Source of the DNA: an uncultured Chloroflexia bacterium
GTDB taxonomy: Bacteria > Chloroflexota > Limnocylindria > Limnocylindrales > CSP1-4
Assembly: GCA_963698505.1 (NCBI GenBank)
Contig: CAVORC010000052.1
Location: forward strand, 4,294 to 68,293
Direction of reading: 5' to 3'
DNA length: 64,000 bases
Shown here: positions 39,616 to 49,132 of the stretch, in pieces
Layout of the letters: each line of letters begins with the position of its first letter
Position numbering within the stretch: position 1 is the first letter of the stretch
Notes under the pieces: model-generated
The model's database searches: none
The model's input: the letters and a program-made list of their open reading frames with translations, nothing else
What the model was told of the DNA's origin: nothing
Made by a program: the position numbers and the translations under genes

Positions 39616-39863
39616 CTCAGGCGAGCGGCAGCCTCCATCGGTGGTCGGCAGCGACCACGAGCATGCTGGCACCGAGGGTCCGCTCACGCCCGCACGGCAG
39701 GGAGTGGCGAGCCAGTCCGGAGCGGGCCACGGCGACCCGGGCAGGAGCCCTCCTCGACTCCCACTCCAGTGCCGGAGAGTATACGCGGGCCTCCGCGATT
39801 CCCGACTGCCGGATGGCTCCCAGCGCTCTGGGCCTCACGGCCCAGCGGGGCCGTGCCACGGCC

Positions 39864-40580
39864 TCAGCTCCGCTCGAAGGCCACGCCGCGGTCACGCAGG
39901 CTGACCCAGGCGCCGTGACCCACGACGAGGTGGTCGAGCACGGCGATGTCCAGCAGCCGACCGGCAGCCACGGCCTCCGCGGTCATGTGCAGGTCGTCGG
40001 GGCTGGGCGTGGGGTCGCCGGAGGGATGGTTGTGGACCAGGATGAGGCGAGCCGCGTGCAGGCGGACGGCATCGCGAAAGAGCTCGCCGATGCGCACGAG
40101 CGCGGCCGAGACGTTGCCGCGATAGACGGTGGGCATGCCCAGCACGCCGTTGCGCGTGTCCAGCAGCACCACGCGCAGCTCCTCTCGCGGGAGATGGCCC
40201 AGCTCGGCGGTGAGGCGCGCGGCCAGGTCGCGAGGCCCGCGGATGGTCCAGCGGCCCGTGGGCCAGTCGACGACGGCGCGCCGACCCAGCTCGAAGGCCG
40301 CCGTCAGCTGCGCCGCGCGTGCAGGACCCACGCCGGGCACGCGCTCCAGCTCGCGGGGTGACGCCGCGGCCAGGCCGGAGAGACCGTCGCAGCGCACGAG
40401 GGCGTCCTCGGCCATCGTCGTGACCGATGCCTGCCGCGAGCCGGAGGTCCACAGCAGGCCGATGAGCTCCGCCGACGACAGTCCGGCCGCGCCACGGGCC
40501 GCCAGCCGCTCGCGTGGTCGCTCGCTCACCGGCAGCTCGCGCACCGAGCGGCGCGCTGGTCGCTGGGTCGCATCGGTCAT
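39864..40580 (-). CDS. radC: RadC-family JAMM/MPN domain protein
   Basis: ATG at 40580. The HhH region is ELIGLLW..GS...SPRELERVPGVGPARAAQL. The JAMM motif is LILVHNHPSGDPTPSPDD. Confidence 0.85.
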   Translation of the reverse strand: MTDATQRPARRSVRELPVSERPRERLAARGAAGLSSAELIGLLWTSGSRQASVTTMAEDALVRCDGLSGLAAASPRELERVPGVGPARAAQLTAAFELGRRAVVDWPTGRWTIRGPRDLAARLTAELGHLPREELRVVLLDTRNGVLGMPTVYRGNVSAALVRIGELFRDAVRLHAARLILVHNHPSGDPTPSPDDLHMTAEAVAAGRLLDIAVLDHLVVGHGAWVSLRDRGVAFERS

Positions 40581-40781
40581 GCCGCTCCTCCGTCGGTCGG
40601 GCGGTGGACGGTGCAGCGATCGACCCACCGCGGCAGGGCTGGTGGCGCCCCCGGGTCCGGACGACGGAGCCCGCCGATTCCCCCGCCGTCCGGCCCCGAA
40701 GGCACTGCGCAGCCTAGGGAGCACCCCTTCGCAGCCGCTTGGTCGACACATGGCGACCGCTTGCGAGTGTCGTGGACGAGG

Positions 40782-41823
40782 CTACGCCGGCTGGGGCAGG
40801 GCGTTGGCGAGGTAGGCCAGGAACAGCAGCAGCGAGTTGTAGGTGATGTGCGCGGCGATGGCCGCGGCCATGCCGTAGCGCAGGAAGAGCCAGCCGAAGA
40901 CGAAGCCGACCGGCAGGATGACGGCGGTCTGCAACAGCGCCTGCGAGAGACCCTCGGCGAAGGTGTCGGTGCTGATGTTGACGACGTGGATGAGCGCGAA
41001 GAACAGGGCGCTGCGGACCAGGGCCGTGCGTTCGCCGAGGTCACGCAGCCAGGCGGTCAGGACGAAGCCGCGGAAGAACAGCTCCTCGCCGATGGGGATG
41101 ATGAGCGCGGCGGTCAGGGCCACCATCAGCGCATCGGCAGACGACTGCGCCGCGGGCAGCACATCCGGCGCCTCCACTCCCAGCAAGCGCGCCGATGATC
41201 CCGCCGAGGATGAGCAGCCCGAAGGTGACCGGGAGCATCACCGCGATGGCGATGCCTGCCGCGCGCAGCACACCCTGGCCGGGACCGCGCCAGGTGGGCC
41301 AGCCCATCTGGCGCCACGTCAGGGAGCCGGTGCGGATGACCAGGAACCAGACCACCACGGCGTAGCCCACGGCCTGCAGCGAGCCGATGACGAGGAAGCC
41401 GAAGGCACTCTCCGCGTCCAGCCCGTCGGCCTGGGTGATGAGGAAGCCGAGCAGGGCCATGGCGAAGAAGTAGGCCCCGAAGACCAGCAGTGGCGCCGGA
41501 CCGCGGTAGGCGGCCGCATCCCGCTCGCGCCGCTCCAGGACCTGGTAGCCGCAGGCGGTCGCGAATCCGAGCGTCAGGAGCACGGTGCCGACCGAGAGCA
41601 GCACCGTGGCGGCCTCGCGCGAGCTGGCCAGGGCGCCGATGAAGAAGAGCCCCAGGCCGGTGGCGGTGATGATCCAGGCGGCCAGGTAGAGTCCCGGCGC
41701 GCGCCGCCCCTCGAGCGTGAAGATGCCGGCGCCGGGTGCTCCCGCGGGCGAGTCCGACTCGTGCGGAGCGTCGGGCTCGTGGTCGGGACCGGGCGCTGTC
41801 CCGTCGGGTCCGGGGCCGGTCAC
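40782..41823 (-). pseudogene. CPBP-family (CAAX) intramembrane glutamic protease, one frame change near 41183-41190
   Basis: The N-terminal TM region lies in ORF 41041..41823. The catalytic half in ORF 40782..41186 carries GEELFFRGF (EExxxR), FFALIH (FxxxH) and AAHITYN. Confidence 0.75.
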
Positions 41824-41838
41824 AGGTTCGCTGCCGCG

Positions 41839-42648
41839 CTAGATCCCGGTGGGGGGCGGGGTGCCGGTCGAGGCCGAGCCAGAGCTCGCCGCCGAGGCGC
41901 CGGAGCTGCGCGGGGCGGGGGACGGCGCACCCTGCGGCTGTGTCGGGGGCTGCGGATTGCTGCGCGGCTGGTTCGAGCCCTGGGCATCGGCCGACTGCGG
42001 CGGCGGGCTGGAAGGGCCCGAGCGTCCGGCCGCAGGGGCCGGCGGCGGGCTGGGCATGCGCGGCGAGGGCTGTTGCTGGCGCGGTTGCTGCGCGGGCGGC
42101 TGCGGCAGCTGGCGCGGGGCCGGACGGGCCGACGGCATGTAGGCCGCGGTGCCGGGAGCCTCGGCGCGCTCGAAGTCCTTGCCGCACCAGGCGCACAGCG
42201 TCCAGTCCAGCTCGATGAGGTGCTCGCAGTTGGGGCACACGCGCCGCAGGCGGTTGCGGCAGTTGGGGCAGATGATCCACTCCTCGTGGACCGGCCGCGA
42301 GCAGTTGGCACACTGGGCGTGTGATGCCACCTCGGCCAGCATCGCCTCCTCGGCGAGCGCGCGCTCGTTGACCTCGGCGATGGTCTCCTTGGGACGCACG
42401 ATGCGGTAGACCAGCAGGCCGAACAGGAAGAACACCGGCGTGAAGATGATGATCGAGAGCGCAGCCACGTACGGTGTGATGGCGCTCGACGAGCGCAGCC
42501 GCATGTCGCGATAGGCCCAGTAGGCACTGGCCAGCCAGATGAGCACGATGTAGGCGACGACCACGTAGATGATGGCCTGGAAGACGTCGCTCGCGAGGAT
42601 GTCCGCGATCTGCTGGTCGAGATCCTCAAGGCCAAGAGTTTCGAGCAT
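41839..42648 (-). CDS. membrane protein with a double zinc-ribbon domain and a Pro/Gln-rich tail
   Basis: 269-aa ORF with two TM helices, then CANCSRPV..WIICPNCRNRL..CPNCEHLI..CAWCG (four CxxC pairs), then a low-complexity P/Q/S tail. Confidence 0.7.
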   Translation of the reverse strand: MLETLGLEDLDQQIADILASDVFQAIIYVVVAYIVLIWLASAYWAYRDMRLRSSSAITPYVAALSIIIFTPVFFLFGLLVYRIVRPKETIAEVNERALAEEAMLAEVASHAQCANCSRPVHEEWIICPNCRNRLRRVCPNCEHLIELDWTLCAWCGKDFERAEAPGTAAYMPSARPAPRQLPQPPAQQPRQQQPSPRMPSPPPAPAAGRSGPSSPPPQSADAQGSNQPRSNPQPPTQPQGAPSPAPRSSGASAASSGSASTGTPPPTGI

Positions 42649-42768
42649 GCGTGGAAGGCCTCAGCGCTTCGGGAAGACGGACGGCACCCCTCGCCGTCCA
42701 CGGCGGGCCGAGTGTAGCAGCGGACCGGGTTGTCGGCCGCGTGACGCCATCGCGAGGGGCCCGACTCG

Positions 42769-43257
42769 CTAGCCGTGCAGCCCGGGAGCGCCGGCCACGT
42801 CGATGGCGCGACGGAAGGCCCGCATCACCTCAGCGACCAGCTCGTTGTCGCGCATCGTGGCCTTGCGCACGGGGTCCCAGCGAACGGCCGTGAGGATCAT
42901 CAGCGGACGCCGCCAGGGCTCGGACTCGTCCTCGGCCTCGCCCATGCGCATGCGGATGAGCTGGCGCCCGTCCTCCTGGTCGAGCAGGCCCATCAGCGCG
43001 TTGGCCAGCGTGGGCCCGATGACCTGCAGCGGCGGGGCCGGCGGCGGTCCAGCGGCCGGCGCCACGGTGCGCGCCTCGATGACGCCGTCCTCGTCCTCGA
43101 CCCAGAGGGTGAAGACCCACCAGTCGTCGGCCATGACGTTGGGCTTGGTCATGCCCAGCCGGACGCGCGGCCCCAGGGCGCCTGCCGGCCCGCGCAGTCG
43201 CAGGGGCTCGGCGCGGGCGAAGGAGGGACCGGGCGACGGGGTCCGGCCCGTGCTCAT
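42769..43257 (-). CDS. hypothetical protein
   Basis: 162-aa ORF with G/C-rich third positions, directly downstream of guaA on the same strand. No recognisable motif. The start is uncertain (an internal ATG at MTKPNVM is possible). Confidence 0.5.
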   Translation of the reverse strand: MSTGRTPSPGPSFARAEPLRLRGPAGALGPRVRLGMTKPNVMADDWWVFTLWVEDEDGVIEARTVAPAAGPPPAPPLQVIGPTLANALMGLLDQEDGRQLIRMRMGEAEDESEPWRRPLMILTAVRWDPVRKATMRDNELVAEVMRAFRRAIDVAGAPGLHG

Positions 43258-43279
43258 CGGCGGCCCGCCCGGATGGGGC

Positions 43280-45083
43280 TCACTCCCATTCGATGGTGGC
43301 CGGCGGCTTGCTGCTGATGTCGTAGACCACGCGGTTCACGCCGGGCACCTCGTTGACGATGCGCGCGCTGATCTTGCCCAGCACGTCGTACGGCAGCTTG
43401 GCCCAGTCGGCCGTCATGCCGTCCTCGCTGGTGACCGCGCGGATGGCGACCACGTTGGCGTAGGTGCGGCCGTCGCCCATGACGCCCACGCTGCGGACCG
43501 GCGTGAGGATGGCGAACGACTGCCACACGTTGCGGTAGAGCCCCGCCGCCTTGATCTCGTCGATGACGATCCAGTCGGCCTCGCGCAGCGTGTCGAGCCG
43601 CTCGCGCGTGACCTCGCCGATGATGCGGATGGCCAGGCCGGGCCCGGGGAACGGCTGCCGCATCACCATCTGCTCCGGCAGCTCGAGGGCCAGGCCGACC
43701 TTGCGCACCTCGTCCTTGAAGAGGTAGCGCAGCGGTTCGATGAGCTGGAAGCGCAGGTCGCTGGGCAGGCCGCCCACGTTGTGGTGCGTCTTGATCTTCT
43801 GGGCCGCCTTGGTCTCCGGCGCCGTCGACTCGATGACGTCGGGGTAGAGCGTGCCCTGCGTGAGGAAGTCGATGCGGCCGAGCCTGGCCGCCTCCTCCTC
43901 GAAGACGCGGATGAACTCGTCGCCGATGATGCGGCGCTTCTGCTCGGGGTCCTCCACGCCGGCGAGCCGCGCCAGGAAGCGCTCGCGCGCATCGACCATC
44001 ACCAGCTTCATGCCCAGGTTGGCTTCGAAGGTGTCGCGCAGCAGCTCCGACTCACGCTTGCGCATGAGCCCGTGGTCCACGTAGATGCAGGTCAGGCGCT
44101 CGCCCACGGCACGGTGGACCAGGGCTGCCGCGACCGAGGAGTCGACACCGCCGGAGAGCGCGCAGATGACCTTGCCCTCGGAGCCGGTGGCGGCCGCGTG
44201 CGCGTCGACGCGTTCGCGGATGCGTTCCACGGTGGACTCGATGAAGTTGGCGCTGGTCCAGTTGGACTCGGCACCGGCGATGCCGTGGACGAAGTTGGCC
44301 AGCACGTCCCGACCGCGTGGCGTGTGCACGACCTCGGGGTGGAACTGGATGCCGTAGAGCCCGCGAGCGGGGTCGGCGAGCCCGGCGTACGGGAGTGGAA
44401 TCGGTCTGCGCCGTGGCACGAAAGCCGCTGGGCAGTCGGGTGATGGAATCGCCATGGCTCATCCACACCGGCTGCTCCGAGCCGAGGTCGCGCAGCAGGG
44501 CGTCGGACCCGTCGGTGATGGCGATGCTGGCCGGCCCGTACTCGCGATGATCCGATGGCAGCACGTCGCCGCCGAGCTCGAGGGCCATCAGCTGGGCGCC
44601 GTAGCAGATGCCCAGCACCGGGATGCGGCCCGACCAGAGCGCCGGATCGGGTCGCGGGGCGCCCTCGTCGTAGACCGACATGGGGCCGCCGGAGAGGATC
44701 ACGCCCTTGACCTCACGGCGCTCCAGCTCCGCGAGCGGCGTGTCGTATGGCAGCAGCTCGGCGTAGACATCCAGCTCGCGCACACGGCGGGCGATCAGCT
44801 GCGAGAACTGGCTGCCGAAGTCCAGCACCACGACGCTGTCCGGCGGCTCCGGCGGGCGGCTGATGGTGGGACGATCGTCCTCCGGCGGCCGCTCCGGGGC
44901 GGGTGCGTCGAGCGCGACCTCCAGGTAGGCCTCGACCTCGGCGTCATCGGAGGTGAGCACGCGGTGACCGGCGTTGGCCTGCTCGCCGTGGACGGTCTTG
45001 CCGCGCTCCTTTGGCGGGGCCGCCGGCTGGTTCCCGTCGGACGCCACGCGCCCGGTCACGTTCTCGTCAGCCGCCTCTGTCAA
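43280..45083 (-). pseudogene. guaA: GMP synthase (glutamine-hydrolysing) GuaA, one frame change near 44387-44395, with an unusual N-terminal extension
   Basis: The GATase part (VVVLDFGSQFSQLIARRVRE..., GICYGAQLMA) lies in ORF 44052..45083. FHPEVVHT and the ATP-PPase part (SGGVDSSV..., [10 protein letters not shown], ..PPATIEWE*) lie in ORF 43280..44455. Confidence 0.85.
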
Positions 45084-45184
45084 TGCCGTCTCCCTCGCTG
45101 GTGCCTACCCGTTGCACCGAGTCTATCCGAGGCACGACCGCATGCCGCGTCGCCCGTCAGCCCGACCGCCCGGACGGCACGGGG

Positions 45185-45868
45185 TCAGGCGCCAGGACCC
45201 GCCGCGAAGGCACGCGCCAGGAGCCGCACGCTGGCGCCTCCCGAGAGCGCGAGGCCGCCGATCACGGCCGCCGCGAGGGCCAGCAGCCAGAAGACCTGCG
45301 GGCTCGCGCCGACCACGAGCTGGAGTCCGGCCAGCGTGACAAGGAAGCCACCGATGCCCCCGAGCAGGAGCGCGATGCTGCCGCCCCGCATGACCCGGGC
45401 GAGGGCGGCGACGACGATGCCGATGAGGACCACGGCTGCGACCCAGATGAACCACAGGTCGAGCACGGCAGCGAGGCCACGCTCGACGCTGCCATCGGCG
45501 AAGTAGCTGATGTACCACGCGAGTAACAGGGCCAGTGCCGTAGTTACGGCATCGAGGATGGCGAACGCCAGCGGCCAGAACGGGTGCGGGCCCGCGCGGC
45601 CAACGACCTGAAGCCCGGCCAGCGCGACCAGGAAGCCACCGATGGCACCGAGCAGGAGCGCGATGCTGCCGCCCCGCATGACCTGTACGAGGACGGCGAC
45701 CACGGTGACGATGAGGACCACGGCGACGACCCAGACGAACCACACGTCGACGATGGCCCCGAGGCCGCGCTCCACGCTGCCATCGGAGAAGTAGCTGATG
45801 TACCAGGCGAGCACCAGCGCCAGTGCCGTGGTCACGGCATCGAGGATGAACGCCCCGATGACCACCAT
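45185..45868 (-). CDS. polytopic membrane protein built from two tandem repeats of about 96 aa
   Basis: 227-aa ORF. Residues 8-103 and 104-190 are near-identical in pattern: ILDAVTTALALVLAWYISYFSDGSVERGLGAIVDVWF...MRGGSIALLLGAIGGFLVALAGLQ versus ILDAVTTALALLLAWYISYFADGSVERGLAAVLDLWF...MRGGSIALLLGGIGGFLVTLAGLQ. Confidence 0.7.
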   Translation of the reverse strand: MVVIGAFILDAVTTALALVLAWYISYFSDGSVERGLGAIVDVWFVWVVAVVLIVTVVAVLVQVMRGGSIALLLGAIGGFLVALAGLQVVGRAGPHPFWPLAFAILDAVTTALALLLAWYISYFADGSVERGLAAVLDLWFIWVAAVVLIGIVVAALARVMRGGSIALLLGGIGGFLVTLAGLQLVVGASPQVFWLLALAAAVIGGLALSGGASVRLLARAFAAGPGA

Positions 45869-46374
45869 GGCACGGCCTACCCGATCGAGCTGCGAGGCAG
45901 TCGCCGTCGTCCATCTGCTGCGCCACCTGGTCGGCCTCCGCTGCTGTCGTCGATGACGCCAGCGTGTGCCCCAGCAGCCTGTCCCGCATCAGGCCGCGCC
46001 TTAGCCGCCACCTCATTCCGGCGGCGTGACCGCGTGTCAGGCAGCTGTCGAACGATCGCGCCAGGCCGTCGAGTGCGGCGACCGCATCGGCAGCCCGATG
46101 TGTGCGCTGCTCACCTGCCGGACCGAGGGCCACGGCGACCCACGCGTCAGACGCCGCCTCCTTCGATGGCCCTGCCGAGACACAGCGAAGCGCGTCGATG
46201 CTCCAGCCGTGCGGGAGCTGACCCTGTGCCGCGAGAGGCACTCGAGGACACGCTCCAGCGCCGGGAAGCCGCTCCTGCGCCCGAGATCCAGGCGCCGGTC
46301 AACCGATCGGGAAGCGAACCATCGCGCCGCACCGTCGTCTGGCCGAAGGCGGTCGCGACGGTCGCCAGTTTCGA

Positions 46375-46512
46375 CCACATCGAATGCCTCCCACGGCGGG
46401 GCTCTGCACGGTCCAGGCGGCCATCGTCATCGGCGTACCGCCGCCACATCGAATGCCTCCCACTGCGGTGGCTCCGCACGATCCAGGCAACCTTCGCCAT
46501 CGGCCTGAACCT
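46375..46512. repeat. imperfect tandem repeat, 2 x 69 bp
   Basis: CCACATCGAATGCCTCCCAC occurs at 46375 and 46444. About 61 nt per copy align with about 9 differences including one 1-nt indel. On the minus strand each copy ends in GGGAGG-N6-ATG. Confidence 0.9.
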
Positions 46513-46592
46513 CAACGCCTCCCGCTGGACCGACTGTCGATCCGCCCTGGTCTGCAGGTCAAGAGCCGGAGGACCCCATGGGGCACGGGGTG

Positions 46593-48032
46593 TCAGTCCG
46601 GCCTCGTCGCGAAACGCGGCTCGTGGGTCATGACGACGGTGGTGGGACGAGTCCGGCTGTCGCGGTCGCCGGTGCCCAGCTGGCCGTCGCCGTTGGCGCC
46701 CCAGCAGCGCAGCATGCGATCGGAGCCGATCCCGCCCATGGTGGGGTCGGGGTGTGACACGAACACAGGCTCGCCGGTGATCGTGCAGCTGTGGGCCGCG
46801 CCGAGCGCGAGATCGAAGACACCCTGCGCGGGGTCCAGGTCGACGACGCGGACGGGCACCGTTCGACGCTCCCGACTACCGTCGCCAAGCTGGCCGTCGC
46901 CGTTGGCCCCCCAGCAGAAGACGGCGTCGGAGCGCTCGAAGGCATGCTCGTGCTGCGCGCCGGGCTCGTCGCGCAGGACGCAGGTGTGGGCTCGTCCGGC
47001 AGCCAGGACACGACGCCCTCGCCACCAGGGGAAGGCACCGGGCTCACTGGGCTCGGCCGCCGAGGTCTCGTCCAGGCCGGTGACGCGGACCGCGACGTCA
47101 GATGCGTTCGGTCGTGCCGTCGCCAAGCTGTCCGTGGTCGTTGGCGCCCCAGCACCAGATGCCGCCGTCTCGCACCTGCGCACAGGCGTGCTCCTCCCCG
47201 ACCGCCACCGCGACGGCGTCGGTCAGTCCGGCGACCTGGCTGGGCGGCTCGGAGCGCCGGTCGTCCCAGCACCACACGGCGCCGTCGGTGGTGACCCCGC
47301 AGAAGCGATCGAAGGCGCCATCGAGCAGGGCGATGGCCGAGCATGGGCTCGGCCATCGGGGCCGGGCAAGCGGGTGGGCCAGCAGCGTGGTGTCCGATCG
47401 GCCGGTGTCATCCCAGCACCAGACCTCACCGCCGGCCCCGTCGTACGGCGACCCGACAAGCGCGCAGGTCCGATGCTCCGCCACCGCGACCGAGAACACG
47501 GGCGCGAGCGGTGCAGCCCCGCAGCACTGGGGCCTCGTCGTCACTCGGCGGCCACGCATCACGACGCCCGGGTCGGTCCATGTCACCAGCGCCCCACACA
47601 CTCGACCCAGCCGACGTCCTCGCCCCAGCACCAGACCTCGCCGGCGGTCGTGCCGGCCTGACCGGTGGCGAGGCCACAGGTCCTGCTGGGACCGGCGTCC
47701 AGCCCGGCGAAGGGCGTGCCGGCGGTCTGCGAGCGGGGGCCGAACACCGCCTCCGGCACGATCGGCGGTGGCGCGATGGGCGCCAACAGGAGGCCGCTCT
47801 GCGTGCCGTTGCCCAGCTTGCCCTCGTCGTTGTCGCCCCAGCACGACGCACCGTGCCACCACTCGGCGCAGGTATGCGTGTCACCGGCGGTCACGCGTGA
47901 GACACCGGGCAGCGGCTCGGGATCACGGGCAACCGCAGCCCCGGCCATCGCGATCACGAGCGCGAGACACACCGGGACCGGGAGGATGGAGAGTCCGGCG
48001 CATGGAGCACCTCCACTACGGATGACTCCCAT
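46593..48032 (-). pseudogene. secreted RCC1-repeat (7-bladed beta-propeller) protein, at least 2 frame changes (about 47590 and 47100)
   Basis: The signal peptide is MGVIRSGGAPCAGLSILPVPVCLALVIAMAGAAVA. Seven units of the type xxHxC....(V/I)WCWG(A/D)N..GQLG(D/N)G are spread over ORFs 47583..48662, 47098..47862 and 46593..47183. Confidence 0.7.
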
Positions 48033-48184
48033 CCTGCGCCGGCCGTCGGAGCGGTCAAGTGTCGAACGGCCCAGCGGCGTTCGAGCGGTCACCGTGGGAC
48101 AGACAGCGAGAGGGGCCGCAGCTCGTCGTCTGCGGCCCCTGTCGCGCAACGGCCGGTCGGATGGCCGTCGTGTCGCGCATCTGC

Positions 48185-48897
48185 CTAGCGAAGGTCGAAG
48201 CCTCCGAAGAGGTCCAGGATGTCGAGGAAGATCCAGGTCGTCGGTCCTGCGGTCGAGGCGACGGACGTCCTTGGGGGTGACGCACTCGCGACGATCGTCG
48301 TAGCGGAGGATGGTTCGGATATCCCAGATGTCGAGATCGCCGGTGCGACGGTCGATACGTCGGAGGTCGGGATCCGAGATGCAACCGTAGTCCTCACGCT
48401 CCCACCATCGCAGGATGTCGAGCCAGCCGAAGCGCCCCATGCGGCGGTCCAGGACACGCTGGCATGGGCCGCCCTGCTGGACCATCGCCTTGAGGTCGTC
48501 ACGGTCGAGGGACGCGGCTGCCCGACGGAGCCGCTGGAGATCGGAGTCCGAGAAGCAGTCTCGAGCCGCCATGAAGCGGAGTACGCGCCGGGCCAGCAGT
48601 CGGCCGGAATCCTCCAGGACCCGGTCCAGGTACTGCTGCTCTCCGAGTGGACAGGCAGCCACACTCGACCATCGACCGCATCTCGCGATCAGTCAGGTCG
48701 CCACGCCGATCCAGGAGTCGTTGATCGAAGAGTCGTTGATCGAAGAGTCGCAGATCTCGATCCGAGAGGCACTTGCGACCCTCGGAGGTCATGACGACCG
48801 TGCAGTCGTCGTCGCGAGAAGATGCCGCCACGGGGGCCGCTGCCATGGCAGTCAGCCCCAGCACGATGGCCAGGGACAGTCCCAGTAGTCTGCGCAT
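48185..48897 (-). pseudogene. secreted Cys-framed Asp/Arg-rich repeat protein (no family recognised), about 2 frame changes (about 48660 and 48235)
   Basis: The signal peptide is MRRLLGLSLAIVLGLTAMAAAPVAA. Four units resemble C(L/F/I/V)(S/T)(D/P)xD(L/V)(R/Q)R(L/I)(D/R)RR..DLD. The pieces lie in ORFs 48499..48897, 47583..48662 and 48185..48664. Confidence 0.55.
48716..48745. repeat. 15-bp perfect tandem repeat (GAGTCGTTGATCGAA x2, plus a degenerate third copy to about 48760)
   Basis: Read directly: 48716-48730 equals 48731-48745. It encodes LFDQR-LFDQR on the minus strand inside the repeat protein. Confidence 0.95.
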
Positions 48898-49132
48898 TGC
48901 GCCCTCCTTGCCTGTGGAGCCCGCGGGTCGCGCCGGGCGACTCCGGGCCCCGAGCGGTCAGGCAGCGGGCCACACACACCTCCTTCCGCCTGCTGCTCCG
49001 CTCTACAAGAGATGGGCGGCCTGATCGAAGGAGGGTTCCGTGGCCCGATCCGTCGCCCGGTGCCCTGGCCCCACCTCGGTCGAGGCGAGGGAAGCCCAGG
49101 CGGGTATCGTGGTTCGGACAGCAGCTCTCCTG

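Noticed and set aside
36127-39918. The longest ORF in the track (1263 aa, plus strand).
   Set aside because: It runs antisense to mreB, mreC and the FlgD-Ig gene. The translation is Arg/Gly/Ala/His/Asp-rich low-complexity text with no motif. The opposite strand carries unmistakable MreB/MreC sequence. It is a typical stop-free shadow ORF of very GC-rich DNA.
46574-46583. The CCCCATGGGG palindrome just after the RCC1 gene stop, considered as an intrinsic terminator.
   Set aside because: It is a perfect 10-bp palindrome with no loop and no downstream T-tract. It could pair only as a very strained hairpin, so it is not supportable as a terminator.
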